Shown here: positions 10,517 to 23,499 of the stretch, one piece after another | Layout of the letters: every line of letters starts with the position of its first letter | How positions within the stretch are numbered: the stretch's first letter is position 1 | Assembly: GCF_009914755.1 (NCBI RefSeq) | Contig: NC_060925.1 | Length of the DNA: 64,000 nucleotides | Source: the human T2T-CHM13v2.0 reference genome, Homo sapiens | Direction: 5' to 3' (one strand) | Notes under the pieces: model-generated | Database searches by the model: none | Seen by the model: only the letters and a program-made list of their open reading frames with translations | What the model was told of the DNA's origin: nothing | Position numbers and translations under genes: made by a program

Positions 10517-12687
10517 CATCTCTTTTTCCTGCCCCTGCAGGTAGGAGACTTGGTTCTACTGTCTTGGGGTGGCAGGTGTTCATGATCCTGTCCCTTCCCA
10601 GGGAGAGTCAAGCTTTGCTGGGCATTGTACTGCTTTAGCCTCTCACATAGAGAATCCAAGTCAGAATGCGAAATCCACCAGGTGAAATTTCATCAACTGA
10701 CTTCAACTGAAAGGCAGAAAAGTGGCCCAGGGTCCCGCCTGAGAAAGCCTTGGTTCCATTTCAGTTCCTCTTCGTGGAGTGTGAAGCCAGGGCTTACGTC
10801 CGGGGCGGTCCAGCACGCCCAGGAGCCGGCGAGCTCTCAATCCTTCCCCTGGGAGGAGCGAGCGTGTGTCACTGCCCCTTTTACGGAAGGGTCTCGTTCA
10901 GAGTGTGGAAACGAGGAGAGGAAGAAAAAGTCACTCTGTTTTCAAGCCAAACCGGTGCTTGGGCCCAGTCGTCCTGGCATTAACCACCCAACTGGCCGAG
11001 TGGATGCTGGTCACCATCCTTTGGCCATGAGGCCCCACAGCCCGGTCGCCGTCCTGGTGAGAGGTATGACCAGGTGGCGCTGAATGACCTCCGCTCGCCC
11101 TGGGTTGGAGTGATTTGCCACGCTGCATAAAACCTCTTAGGGCCATTACGTTTCCCAGATTGCCTTACAGCAAGACTCGGCGTGAATGTTATGCTTTGAA
11201 ACATTGAAGAAACAACAGCCTGTAGTCTCTGATCTTTATGGTTTGGAAGACCAAACACTCTACTGAGGTTGTGGCCAAATCGATGTTTTAGATCCAGAAG
11301 AAACCCATCATGTTACACCAGGAGAGACTGTCCTGGGAGGAAGGCGTCCAAATCACTCCAAGATGTTTTGGGCTCACGTCTCCTGCTCTCTACGGAAACA
11401 CATTCGTGTTCCTGGGCGTGGAGTCAAAACACACAGAAAGGGGATATTTTTAGTTGAGCCCGTTTGGAATAAAACCGCCACTCTGATGCCTGACGAGGGC
11501 GTGGAGACAGGTTGGCCTCCCGGAGATGGTGCAGCCCTGGTCCTCTCTGGTCCTCTAAGTGCGGCAGTTTTGTGCCCTGGGCTGTGGTGTGCAGACCCGG
11601 CAGGAACTTGGGGTGTGAACTGAGACCAGCCCACCATGGTATATGCAGGCAGTGTGCTCAGCTCGGGGGGTGGTGGGGAACGGGCGGACTGGGGACCTGC
11701 CTTCCTACCTTGCTTGCCTCGTGCCTGGGACAGAGGCTCTGGTGTGGTATGTGCGGTTGCCCACTTGCTCTCGGGGTGTGCGTGGCCCTGGGGAGTATGT
11801 GCAGCATGTGTGAGCACCGCCAGTTCCCACGCCACACAGCGCATGTTGGGGCCTCCGCAGGTGCGGCCGGGATGAGGAGGAGCACGTGCATCGGGGGCTC
11901 CCAGCTGGACTGCCCCTCAAATGCAGCGGCTTTGCAGAGCAGCCTGTGAGACAGACCGCGCTTCTACTCAAGCAAACATGGCATGAAAATCACTGTGAGA
12001 GCAGAGACGCAGGTCCGAGCTGTTCTCACGGAACCACTGCTGTCTTATCACTGCAGTAATTAATTTCAGCCCAGCCGCAGAGACTGCAGGCTGATACAAA
12101 AGCTCCACTTGCCGGATCCGGGCGAGCATTGCTGCTTCCACCGGGATGCGGGAAAAACAGTGCAGAGAGATCCTGAGCTTCCGCACGTCATCATTTCTCA
12201 GAGTCGCCATCTGTTCCTTCAAGCAAGTAACACCTTTGGGGCTGCAGTGTGGCTCAGAGCAGGTGTCTGGCCTCGTGTGAGATACCCCAGAGCCTCTGCA
12301 GCCCAGGACTTGCCAGTGCGACTTCTCCCGGGCTCCGGAGAGGCCGACGGGATCGTGACGTCCTGAGGCCTCTTCCACCGCAGAGCTGTTGGGATCGACT
12401 TCACACCCCACCAAGGTGGCCTGGGGTGGCCCACAGCTGGCCCGTGGATGGGCCCTGCACCTGTGGTGTGGCCACTGTCACATGGCTGGTGGTTGGCAGC
12501 TTTGGTGGAAGCTACAGTTGGCAGCTGTCATGCCAGGGCTTGGGCTGGGCACTGGGGAAACATCGCCATGAAATGCAGAAGGGAGGGTTCCCCCTCCCTG
12601 GGGAGAGAGTGTGGAGATGTCCCTGGGACTGGGCTGCCAGTCAGATGCGAATTCAGACAAGCCACAGTAATTTTTCATGCAAGCATG

Positions 12688-13069
12688 TGTATTATTTGGC
12701 TCAGCTGCCAAAACAAATCCCACAGCATGGGTGGCTTCAACAGCAGGAATTTGTTCTCCCACAGTCCTGGAGGCTGGAAGCCCAAGATCAAGGTGTCGGC
12801 TGGGCTGGTTCCTTCGGAGGCCTCTTTCTGGGCTTGTAGGTGCTGTCTTCTCCCTGTGTCCTCACGTGGTCGTCCCTCTGTGTGTGTCTGTGTCTTCATC
12901 TCCCCTTTTTAATAAGGACTCCAGTCCTACTAGGTTAGGGCCTGCCCTGGTGACCCCATTTCTAACTACCTCTTTAAAGACCATATTTAGAAATACAGTC
13001 ATGTTCAGAGGTACAGGAGGTTAGGACTTCAACATAGCTTTTTGGGAGGACAGAATTCAACTGAAAACA
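12688..13069 (-). mobile_element. MLT1A0-type solo LTR, near full length
   Basis: tgtatta...gctgccaaaacaaa...ggtggcttcaacagcaggaatttgttctcccacagtcctggaggctggaag...ttaggacttcaacatag...aattcaactgaaaaca, with TG...CA ends. Confidence 0.9.
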
Positions 13070-13399
13070 ATATGTCCATGCAATATTTGGGACATCACAT
13101 CCTAAAAAGTATTAGCTGCTTACCTAACATCCACATATAACCACACATCCTATATTTTTCTGTGCTAAATCTGCCCACCCCTTCCATGGAGCCTGTGTCT
13201 GGGGCAACCCCTTGGCTCCCCATGGAGGCCACCCCAAGATGTAGTTATGCCCCAAGGGGTGTGAGGGCTTGGACCCCCAAACGCCTCGCATATGTGAGGC
13301 CAGATTGGCCTTACTTGGGGGTGGAGATGGTTGAATCCCTTGATCTGGGAGGAGCTGTGGTGGAAAAGGAGAGAAGCCGGCTCCGCAGGCTGCCTTGAC

Positions 13400-13502
13400 C
13401 ACACACACGGATGCATGCACACACACACATGCTCACACACACGTGCACACACATACATGCAAACACATGTGCACACACACACGTGCGCACACATGTGCAC
13501 GC
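13400..13502. repeat. (CA)-rich low-complexity tract
   Basis: Interrupted cacacaca/catg/cgtg runs. Confidence 0.9.
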
Positions 13503-15539
13503 AGGTCCCAGCATGTGGGCTTCTTCCGTGGGCAGGCACAGAGGTCGGGTGTCGGCCCAGAGGTTCATGGAGGCGCTAATGAGCGGCTCCGGGCCCGCAG
13601 GAGATGCGGCTCACACAGGTCAGATTTCGGATGGATGATGAAGGAAATGAGGGCCAGGCCAGCCTCTGGTTACAGTTTAGGAAAAACACGAGGCGCCCTT
13701 CTCTAGTTCAAAAGGCAGAGAGAGGCAGACCCAGGAGCTAGGGGGGCCGGACGGGATTCCAGTCCGGTTTCATCTCCGGATGCCCTGGGAACCCGCCTGG
13801 CGTAGACCGGGTGGGGGCGGTGCAGACAGGACCCTGGAGAACAGGGCTGCGGTGCGCAGCAGGGGGTGGCCCCGGTCACACAGTGTCCCCCATGGAGGGG
13901 CCTCGATGGCCGGGCTGCGCATGGCACGTGTCGTGTGTGGATCCACAGCAGGGCCGCTGCCCCCACCCAGCGCCAGCCGGGAGGTTGGGAAGTGTTAGCG
14001 CCAGGAGCAGCTTTCAGCTGAAAAATCCCCAGTTTATTAACTTTGCTCCAGAAGCCAGGGCGTCTGTTATTTATGCTACTTTGATCTAGAAAGCTGTTTG
14101 TTTACATTTTATGGCGTTATAAATCCCCTGTAAGCAGGCGTGATATTTTTATGATGCCCAATGAGGGTCCTCCTGTGCCGTGTGGGGGGTGCCAGGGGCC
14201 TTTATGGCCCCGCTACCAGTGTCTTCCCACCCGGGGCGCATTTCTGTTCATCATCTGGACACATGCGGCTCGCAGATGTGTTTCCTGGTGAACATCTGGG
14301 GTGGGGCGGCGTCGGCTCTGGGCGTGGTGCAGCCTCACTGTGCGGGGAGCCCTACAGCTCAGGGAGCGGCCCTCGTGTAGGCCTGGAGGGACCTCGGTCC
14401 CCTGCCTGACTCCCACACAGGCCTGGGAGGGGACGGGGCTGGCTTTGGGCTCCTGCACGGGTCCAAGGCAGGAAGCTTGTGTGGCGCTCGGGCCTCTGCG
14501 TGGGGCTGAGGTGCTCCGTTCGGCTCTTGTGCAGGCATGGAGTGGAGACGTTGGCCCCATGTAGCCCGTGTGGCCTTTTGGCTCCAGCTCAAGGGGTCCA
14601 CCCTGCCCCCACTGGGACTCATGGGGAAGCAGAGAGGCCCGCAGGGCAGGTGTGGGAGGCTTGCACCTTCCTGGCTTCATGGGCTCCGGGAGCGGTGCCC
14701 ACAGGCAGCAGCCGCACTTGCTCTCGTCTTTGCTCAGCAGACATCGGCACGAGCTGCTCTGTGTCAGGTCAGTGCTAGAGGCTGGGGCACAGCGGTGAGC
14801 CGGCCACATGCACCCTGGCTTTCTGGAAGGTGCAGACAGTGTGAGACTCGTGGAGCAGCCCCAGGATGGGTGATGCTGATCTGGGGCCAGGCCCGACCTC
14901 GCAGAGAAAGAGGGGACACAGACGGGGCCGGGATTGAAAAGTGAGCGGCCATTGTCCAGGCAGGGGATAGAGCACAGGTGAAGACGCTTGGGTGTGAAGG
15001 GCATGGAGGTTTTGGGGAAGCAAAGGGCCCCTGAGGCTGGGCTATAGGGCAGGGGGAAGCAAGCAAGGGGCAGACCAAGACCTCCCCCCGCCGGTCTTGG
15101 TGGAAAGGCCTGGACTTCGTTCTGTCCACCCCTGCCAGGTGGGGTGCAGTGTCACTGCAGCTCCCGCCCCGTCCCTGAGTCCTCCTCACCCCATCCCCCA
15201 GGCAAGAAGCGTTGTTCCTTCTTGGTGACCTGGGCACAATGTACAGCCTTTGGCACACAGGCATCTGGCTTTGTTTTTGTGCCCTCCTCTCCCTCAAGGC
15301 TGAGTGTGGATTTCCATCATCTCTGGACACCCCTCAGCCCAAAGACGCTCTGTGCCATGGAGAAGCCCCCAGGATAAAGCTCGGGACTGCGCAGATCCCC
15401 GCTAAGAGTAGATGAGAGGCCCAGTGTGGCCGGACGTCCCCTCAGACACAGTGAAGTGAGCACCTCCATGCAAGCACCGGGGGCTACGGACAGGCTGGAG
15501 GGGACGGGCACAGGACACAGCTCAGAGCAGAGTATCAAG

Positions 15540-15950
15540 GACAAGGACAGGGACCGGGGATGCAGGACAGAGACAGGGAATGCAGGATAGAGACCACGGG
15601 ACATAGGATAGAGACCATGGGACATGGGATAGAGACCAGGAGACACAGGATAGACACCAGGGGACAGAGAATAGGGACCAGGGGACACAGGATAGAAACC
15701 AGGGGATACAGGATAGGGACCAGGGGACACAGGATTGGGACCAGGGGACACAGGATAGACACCAGGGGACAGAGAATAGGGACCAGGGGACAGAGGATAG
15801 ACACCAGGGGACACAGGACGGAGACCAGGGACACAGAATAGAGAGCAGGAGACACAGGACGCTGACCAGAGACAGGACAGGGACGTGGAATCCAGGACAG
15901 GGACTGAGGACACAGGCCACGGGTCAGGTGACACAGGACAGGGACCAGAG
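15540..15950. repeat. Purine-rich 21-bp minisatellite with degenerate flanks
   Basis: Unit AGGGGACACAGGATAGRGACC, core about 15580-15840; 7-aa periodicity in the overlapping ORFs. Confidence 0.92.
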
Positions 15951-16049
15951 GACGCAGCCTTCAGAGGGACAGGCAGCTGTGTCCCCTTGGGGCTTGCAGG
16001 CTGTTGGACACACATAGTCAACAGGCAGCTCCCATGGGGTCAGTTTCCC

Positions 16050-16180
16050 CATCTAATCCCCACCGCCTGCGGGGAAGGTGCTGGAGTTGCCCCTTTGCAG
16101 AAGAGGAGACTGAGACACAGAGCCTCGCGTCGGGTCCCGCAGCTGTCAGTGCAGGAACTCCGCCTCCACCCTGGGCCCTG
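16050..16180 (-). mobile_element. MIR fragment
   Basis: atctaatccccac...cccctttgcagaagaggagactgagacacagag. Confidence 0.55.
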
Positions 16181-16773
16181 CGCTGCGGACCCCCAAAGCC
16201 TACAGCTCCGAGAGGCCCACTCTGCGCCGTGCATTCATTTGACGCAGGCATGGCGCCGCCGGCACACACCACAGGCGTCCTTGCCTCTTGACAGCCACCA
16301 CCCTCCCTCCAGGTACCTGGCTCCGAGCTGAGCCCCAGGCTGGGGATGGAAGGGAATGCAGGGGTCTCTGCACGGTGGGGCCCACGAGGCTAGCCCTCTG
16401 GGGCACACCCTTGCCCACCCCTGCATTTCCCCAGACTGCCCCTGCCCTCTGGGGCCTCGGGGGTGCAGGAGACCCAGGAGAGGCCCTGGGGGTGGGCGGG
16501 CCTGCTGTGCGCCTCGACCTCACACCCCAGCCTGACAGCCTCAAAAGGTCTCTGCTTCCCTGAGGCTCAGCGTCCTTCTGCACTGAGCGGCAGCTCGCAG
16601 GGTGATGAGGATGAAATGGGCGAAAAATAAAGCCGGGCAGAGAGCAGAGGGTGCTGGGGGAACGTAAGGAGGGCCAGTTCCCTTCCTCCCATCCCCTCAT
16701 CTGCTTCTCAACTCAGAAATCCCTGGCTTAACATGGAACCTGGCCCTCTGGGATCCGGAGTGTTGGTCTCCAG

Positions 16774-16864
16774 CAGACCCCCGGAGGAGGGCTGTGCTCC
16801 CCACAGACCCCTGTAGGGTGGGCTGTGCTCCCCGCAGACCCCTGCAGGGTGGGCTATGCTTCCC
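16774..16864. repeat. About 31-bp tandem repeat, 3 copies
   Basis: cagacccctg(t/c)agggtgggctgtgctcccc repeated. Confidence 0.85.
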
Positions 16865-17754
16865 GGGCCGTTCTGGGGAAGCCTAAGCTGGAGACAGCTC
16901 CAAAGAGGCTGCTGGAAATGCAGAACCCCCTCGGCAGCTCAAGTGGGTGTGGCGTCCTCCTCCTTGAGCAGGACCGGGGTCCCGGTCCCCCTTTATGGAT
17001 TCTCTGTGCCTCGGAGACTGTGCTCTGCGCTTGACCTTCTGGAGGGAGGTTAAGCCACAGCAAGCCCGGGAGAGCACTCTCTTCATCTTTTATGCCTGAA
17101 GATTTTCAGGTAGAAAACAAGGATCAACCTAATACGGAGGGTAATGAAAGAAAGTTATGGCCGGGGTGACACATCTGTGCCTGTGATCCCCCGGCTCCCA
17201 GCCGCGCCTGCACACGCTCATTACACATGGCCTGCACCGGCCAGCCGGGCTCTAACATGTCCTCAACTTTCAGGAAACCAGAGCCTCCGAGTAAGTATCA
17301 GATGAGTTGCTAATGTTGGAAAAAAAGCGAGAAACATGCTTGGGGGCTCTGTTTTACGGCTGCACTTGAAGTCGGAATCTGCGATCGTAACCCAATGCTG
17401 GCCTCGCCAACGTGTTTTCGGTATTGTCGGGATAATTGAAAGTCCAGACAAATTTGGCTATCAGGGCTCCAGGCAGCGGAATCCCATGGTGGCCCCTGGT
17501 GTGATGAGCTCGCCGAGGCCGTCTCAGGTCCTGCGCCCACCACGGTCTTCGGGAGCAGCTGTCGGCTTTGCAAAAGCCCCAGGACTTTCCGGGTGGACAT
17601 GGGGGGCTTGGCTTTGTCACCGGGACCTCTTGAAAGGCAGCCGGTCCTGGGCCTCTCATCTGGCCCCGCACCCTTCTTGGCCACCGACGTGGAAGGCAGG
17701 GCGCCCTGTGGGGTGAGCAGGGCCATCCGTGCCTCGGGGTCTGCCCTCGGCTTG

Positions 17755-18150
17755 TGTCACAGGCAGAATTGTGTCCCCCCAGATACACATGTTGAAGTCC
17801 CAACCCCCAATATCTTGAAATGCGACCTGATTTGGAAACAGGCTCATTGCAGATGGTCAAGTTCAGATGTGGTCATTCGGGTGGGCCATACCCCAAAATG
17901 ACTGGTGTCCTGTGGAAAGGAGGAAACTACGCACAGAAAGGGACCCACAGGAAGCTGTGAGGATGAGGCAGGGACTGGCCAAGAATCGCCGCGATGGGCG
18001 GCTCCGAGCAGGTTCTCTCTCGAGCCTCAGAAGGGGCCCTCCCTATGGCACCTTCATCTCCGGCCTCCAGCCCCCAGCCCTGCGGGAGAGGGGGTCTCTG
18101 CTGCTGAAGCCCTCATCTGTGGGGCTTTATGGTGGTCACACAGTGGTCTT
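17755..18150 (+). mobile_element. MLT1B/C-type solo LTR
   Basis: tgtcacaggcagaattgtgtcccccagatacacatgttgaagtcccaaccccc...tttggaaacagg...atgactggtgtcct...gcctcagaagg...ggcctccagccccca. Confidence 0.85.
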
Positions 18151-21116
18151 GCCAGGCGCCCAGCACTGAGCACATGCTGCAGACCCTCTGGGCGTGTTTT
18201 GGGCCCTGCTCTGGGGGAAGCACCCCACACCGGGGGTGCTGGGAGTGCCCAGCATGGCAGGCGAGCGCTCCCTGCTCCAGGCACTTGGCAGCCGCATGGC
18301 TCACGGCCCTGCTTTTGTCTTGAGTGGGCCCCACCCCCAAGGGTCAGCCTGCAGCCTGCATGCAGGTTGGCCAGGAAACATCCCTGTCTTGTAGAAAGAG
18401 AAATGGTCTTGGAAAGGCAGATGGGGGTACTCTGTGCCCTCCAAACCCACCCAGCACCCTCCACCTGCCTGAGGGCAGCCCTCAGGGCTGCCCCGTGGAG
18501 TAGGCTTCCCTGGCATCTCCTGTGTCTGCCTTGGTGGGGCTCAGACAATGCAAGAGGCTGCAGAAGCTCCGAGCCGCAGGTCTGAGCCCCCAGCTCCTCC
18601 CTGCTGGACCACATGGGTGGCTGCGGTCCCCAGGCCTCCCTGGGGGCCTCTGCAGCAGTCTCCTGTGCTTCTCCCTGCTCTGGGCCTATGGAGGCATCCT
18701 GCTCTTCCTTGAAGGCGCCCATGGGAGGAACCCTGGGGCCTGGACACACTGGCCCCTGCTCATCCTGCCCCTTCCCAGCCTCTGCAAGCAACCCCTGGGT
18801 GGCCTTTCCCCTGCACTGCAGGGACCCCACTTACTCCCTGGGCTGCACGCCCAGGCTGGGGTTATTATGGGACTAGTATTTTGCCTCCTTTTACTCCACA
18901 CTTGGTCCTGGGTCCTGGGCTCTACAGACAGATAAGTGACTGGAATTCAGGGGTGACGTGCTGATGGGGCCTCTAGACTTTCCCTCCTCCCCAGTCCTCA
19001 TCCCCACGTGGGTGGTGGTCATAAACTCACAGCAAGGAGATGTGGTCGTGATGAGATTGTAGACTCAAAGCAGCAAACTCTTGGCCAAGACCGGGCAAGC
19101 TCCACCGGCTCCCACCCCTCTTGGGCTGGCTGTTGGCCAGGTGTGGGTGGGGGGGAGGGGCGGGGAGAGCGCCAGCCTCAGGCCTGCTTCCTGGAGTGGG
19201 CACAGGGAGGGAGACGGACCCGCCCCAGTGGGCCTGCCCTGCTCCCCACAGGGTCACAGTGGCCTTGGTCTTGGAGGGTCCTCTGTGCCCTCTGACATGG
19301 GGCAGGGGAGGACAGATTGCCAAGCGAGGCCCGGATAGCCCCAAAGTTCCAGAAATGACACAGAAGAAGGGTTTGGATTGTAGCAGAGGGGGCAAGTCGG
19401 CGGATGGGAAGGGACGCTGCCAGCAGGCCCAAGGAGGACTTCAACTCGGAGGAGACATCAGGAACCGAGACCTGCCACAGGCACAGGGGTGCCCGAGACC
19501 CACCCAGATGACACTCTTCTCAGCCAAAGCCGGGCGAGCGATGCCGGCGAGGAACCTGCCCACCATCCCCACCACCTCGACCGTGAGTCTGGCTTCCCCC
19601 TGGACTCCAGAGGTCACCTTGGGGCTTAGGAAGGAGAGAGGCCAGTCCTGAGTGAATCTACCCTAACCCTGAAATGACCAAATCTTTCCAGAACTGAAGA
19701 TTAAATGGAGCTGAAATTCCTGCAGGAAGACAGATTGACAGCTCTGCTTACCTGGTGTCTCCTGGCCTCGGACTCTGGCACCCGATGATCTGTGGATGTT
19801 CTGATTGGGTGTGGAGGGTTGAATACCCACAGTCTCTGCATCTGAGCAGAACCATAGATCACTGCATTGACCTAATCAGGAGATTCAGCGGTGAGGAGCG
19901 TGTTGAGGGGAGGCAGGGCCCCTCCCCTTTCCGCCTGAATCCATGCCAGCATCTCCCTCGTGCTTGAGTTCACTCCCGGGAAATGTACCCATGCAGGAGG
20001 GCCCACCTGGGCTATGCATTTTTACAATTAGCCATGCTTTGTACACCTGGGCCGGGGAATTCCAGAGAGCCCAGGAGGCCAAGAGAGAAGTGAGGGTCTT
20101 GCGGGTGAGCAGGCACCATCTTATTTGTGTAGGAGGTGGGAGAGGGGAAAGTTCACTTTGGAAAACAGGCCAGGCAAGTCCACCTGTGCTCCTGTAGGGT
20201 CCTTGCCACGCACCTAGCCTCCCCCATCCCTGGCCTCCCCCAGCCCCCGTGGGGTAAATCCCGCCAGCGCGTCCACAGGGCCGGCTCCTCCTGGGCGTGA
20301 ATCGGACCTTTATGAGCACGGCAGCCTTGCCTGGGAGATTCATGGCCCTGGCGCCCTTCAACTGTGGGTTATGAATAGGGGCCCTTAGCCATTTCCTTCT
20401 CATTCAATTTATCATTTTTGCCCTCTTTCAACACCAGGTACAGGTTAGCGATATTGGAATGTGGGCCTGCCCAGAATCGCCTGTGCAGTAAGAAGTGTGC
20501 AGAGGAGAGGGAGGAAGGCCTGGGCCCTGCCCCTGCCCTGAGAGGCCAGGCCAAGTGCGGGTCCCTTCGAGTGAGCTCGTGGAGGGGAGGTGGTGGTGTT
20601 TGGAGAGGCTCAGCCCCAGCGTCCAGGCAGGGCCCAGCTCAGTTTCTTGGATATCAGACAGCAAGGGCTCACAAAGCCAGACTCTGGGTTAGTGACATCC
20701 TTGTCCTCCTGGCTCCTTCAGGTCACACCCTTTGTGGTCATGGAGCAGATCATCTTTGGGGCTTCACTCACAACCCCCTGGTTTGGATGACTTTGTGGTT
20801 TTTGGCTTTAAGAAGGTCAGAATCTCCTGTCCATCACTAAGTGGATAAAGAGGAAAAGCCCGGTTTCCCAGTGTTTGGCCGGAGTGGGGAAGATTAGGGG
20901 GCCTGTCTTCTGGGAAGAAACTGGAAGTCAGGCTGAGGCCCCAGAGGGGCACTGAGTACAGGAGGGCCCGGGCTGGCCTTTCCCAACGCCAGTGGCCTTT
21001 AATGTTCTGCTGATGGCACCATTTGACGATGAGAAATGACACCAATTCTTTGTACTGTCATTTTGCCATTTCTGCCCATTTCTTGACACCTCAGTCAGCA
21101 TCTGTGGGCAGGCTGA

Positions 21117-21835
21117 ACACACACATACATGTGCATGCCCACATGCACACACGTGCACATAAGCCCCCACACATGGGCACACACAAAGCACACTCATGCA
21201 AGTGCACACACACCCATGCACACATGTACACACACATTTGTGCACACACACATGCACACAATCCCCTACACATGTGCACACACAGACAAGCACACTCATG
21301 CATGTACATACATATACATGTGTGCACTCACAAACATGCACACACAAGCCCCCCCACATGCACACACATACAGAGAGGCACACTCATGCATGTACACACA
21401 CCCATGCATGCATGTACACATACACACATGCACACAAACATGCAAACATGCACACATGTCCCCACACACGTGCATACATGAAGACAAGCACACATGCATG
21501 TACACACATACACTTGTGTGCACACACAAACACATACACACAAGTCCCACACACGTGCACACCCATACAGAGTAGTACACTCATACATGTACATACACAC
21601 CCACACACATACACAATATACATATGTGCACACAAAAGCCCCCACACACATGCACACACAGACAAGCACACTCATGCGTGTATACACAAACACATGTGTG
21701 CACACAGAAACATATATACAAGCCCCCCCACACATGCACACACAGAGAAGCATTCATGCATGTACACACACACCCGTGCAAGGATGTACACACACACCCA
21801 TGCACACACAAACATGTGGACTTGCGTGTGTGCAC
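21117..21835. repeat. Complex (CA)-rich tract with a loose 85-110-bp higher-order unit
   Basis: Recurring aagcccc(c)cacacatg and gcacactcatgca landmarks. Confidence 0.9.
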
Positions 21836-23499
21836 ACTCACTCCTTCAGCAGGAGGACCAATCTCTCCTAGAGAGGACAGTGTTGCTATGGAAGGAAAGA
21901 AATTGATATGAACCCCGGGAGTGGAGGAGCCAGGCACACTTAGTGGCCAGGGGGTCAGGCCTCCAAGGGGCTGCGGAGAGGCCTTATGGACACCAACCCA
22001 AAGGCTCTGGGCAGCTACACCCCTCCCAAGCCCAGCCATGACCCCCACAGACCCTCAGCCTCACCGTGAGCCCTGCTGAGGTCAGGTGCTCTGGGGCCCC
22101 CACTGTGTGGGGTGGGGGGCTGCTGGCAGTGCTTGTGCTCCAGCAAGGGTCTGGTTCTGCCCCTAGACACCCAGCATGGTGCCAGCTCTCCTGTGACATC
22201 ACTGCACTGCAGAGCCCATGAGTGTGACCATGGGTCTCTGGGGCCCTGTGCAGAGGTGCCATGGTTGGCTTGCCACAGCCTTTTGGTGTCAGGGATTGGA
22301 TTCTGACTGGATACCATAGGGACCTGTGTCCAGCTTGGAAGGTGGAGGAGCAGTGGCCCATGTGGGCCTGAGAGTGAGGACAGGTCTGACTCAAATCATC
22401 CTGAGAGTTGGGGGGGATGGGTCCCTTGCTGAGATGAGACCAGGATGCCATGAGCCCTGGCCTCTGATTGTCCACACCCTCCTTTGGTGTCAGCTGGGGC
22501 GGTAGATCCTCCTGCCTCAGACCCCCTTCTTGCAGGGCTCAAGCCCTGTTGCAGGCTGTGCAGCCCCTCCAGGGTCAGGACCAGAGGGAGACTGCATAGG
22601 CACTGCCTCAGGCTGCATGTGGCAGGGAGAGCACTTGGCAGACAAGCTTGAGAGTGCCTGGCCTTGCAGGTTGGTCAGTGACCAGTGCTCCAGTCCATCC
22701 CCACAGATGGGGGAAGGCAACACATGCCTGCACACAGTGAAGCCTTGGTCACCTCTGCTGCAGGCACACATAGAAGGCTTCCAAGAAGGGGCAGAAAGGA
22801 ACATCTGACTTTAGCAGGGCTCATGGTGAGGCTTAGGGTCTGTAGGAACCATGGCTGGGCTTAGCAGGGGTGCAGTTGCCCAGGCAGATGCCAGTTGCCC
22901 TGGCTTCCTGCTGACTGTGGGCAGGCCGCTGGTGTCTTGGGAAGCCCCCACCTTACACAGAGGCCCCTTGACCACTCCCTGGAGTTTACAGTGGAGCTCA
23001 AACCAACATGGACTCCAAGTCAGATGGTAGGGCTGTGTTGTAGGCAGCGAGGGAGGACTGTTAATTTCAAGGACTGAAATCTGAAATCAGGGACCTGAAC
23101 CAAGGTCTCAGCCATGTGGAAGGTGGGCCCAGGGACAAAGGCAGGTATCGCTTTGCATCTCAGCAGCTGTCACCAGGCTGTTTAGACATTCTGTCCCCTG
23201 ACTCCCCACACTGATGTGTCCCAGTTCTCCACTTTCTGACCTCCTTTGCCTCCTTGTCCAGAGGCATCTGCTGGAAGCAGCAGCTCCCAATATGGTGGAT
23301 GAAAATCAGTTTCTTTTCCAGCATCCCCGTATCACTGCAGAGGCAATTCTAGAGCACCTCCAGGTGGGGACAGCTTAGGATCACTAGAGAGGTCTTGGCC
23401 CACAAGGAAATGCTCAAGGTCTCCCACCCCTGAGGTGCTTGTACCAATGGGGACTCTCTGGCAACCCTGAAATGAAGAACAAGTCCATGTTTTTCCACT

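Noticed and set aside
9690-10659. AQPSP/AQLS-repeat ORFs, and the idea that this is the IGH locus
   Set aside because: The ORFs are translations of the pentamer array. No Ig constant-domain exons, J segments or RSSs are visible in the window.
20928-22048. His/Thr- and Cys/Val-rich ORFs (also near 13.1-13.7 kb and 27.6-28.9 kb)
   Set aside because: They are translations of CA/TG dinucleotide tracts.
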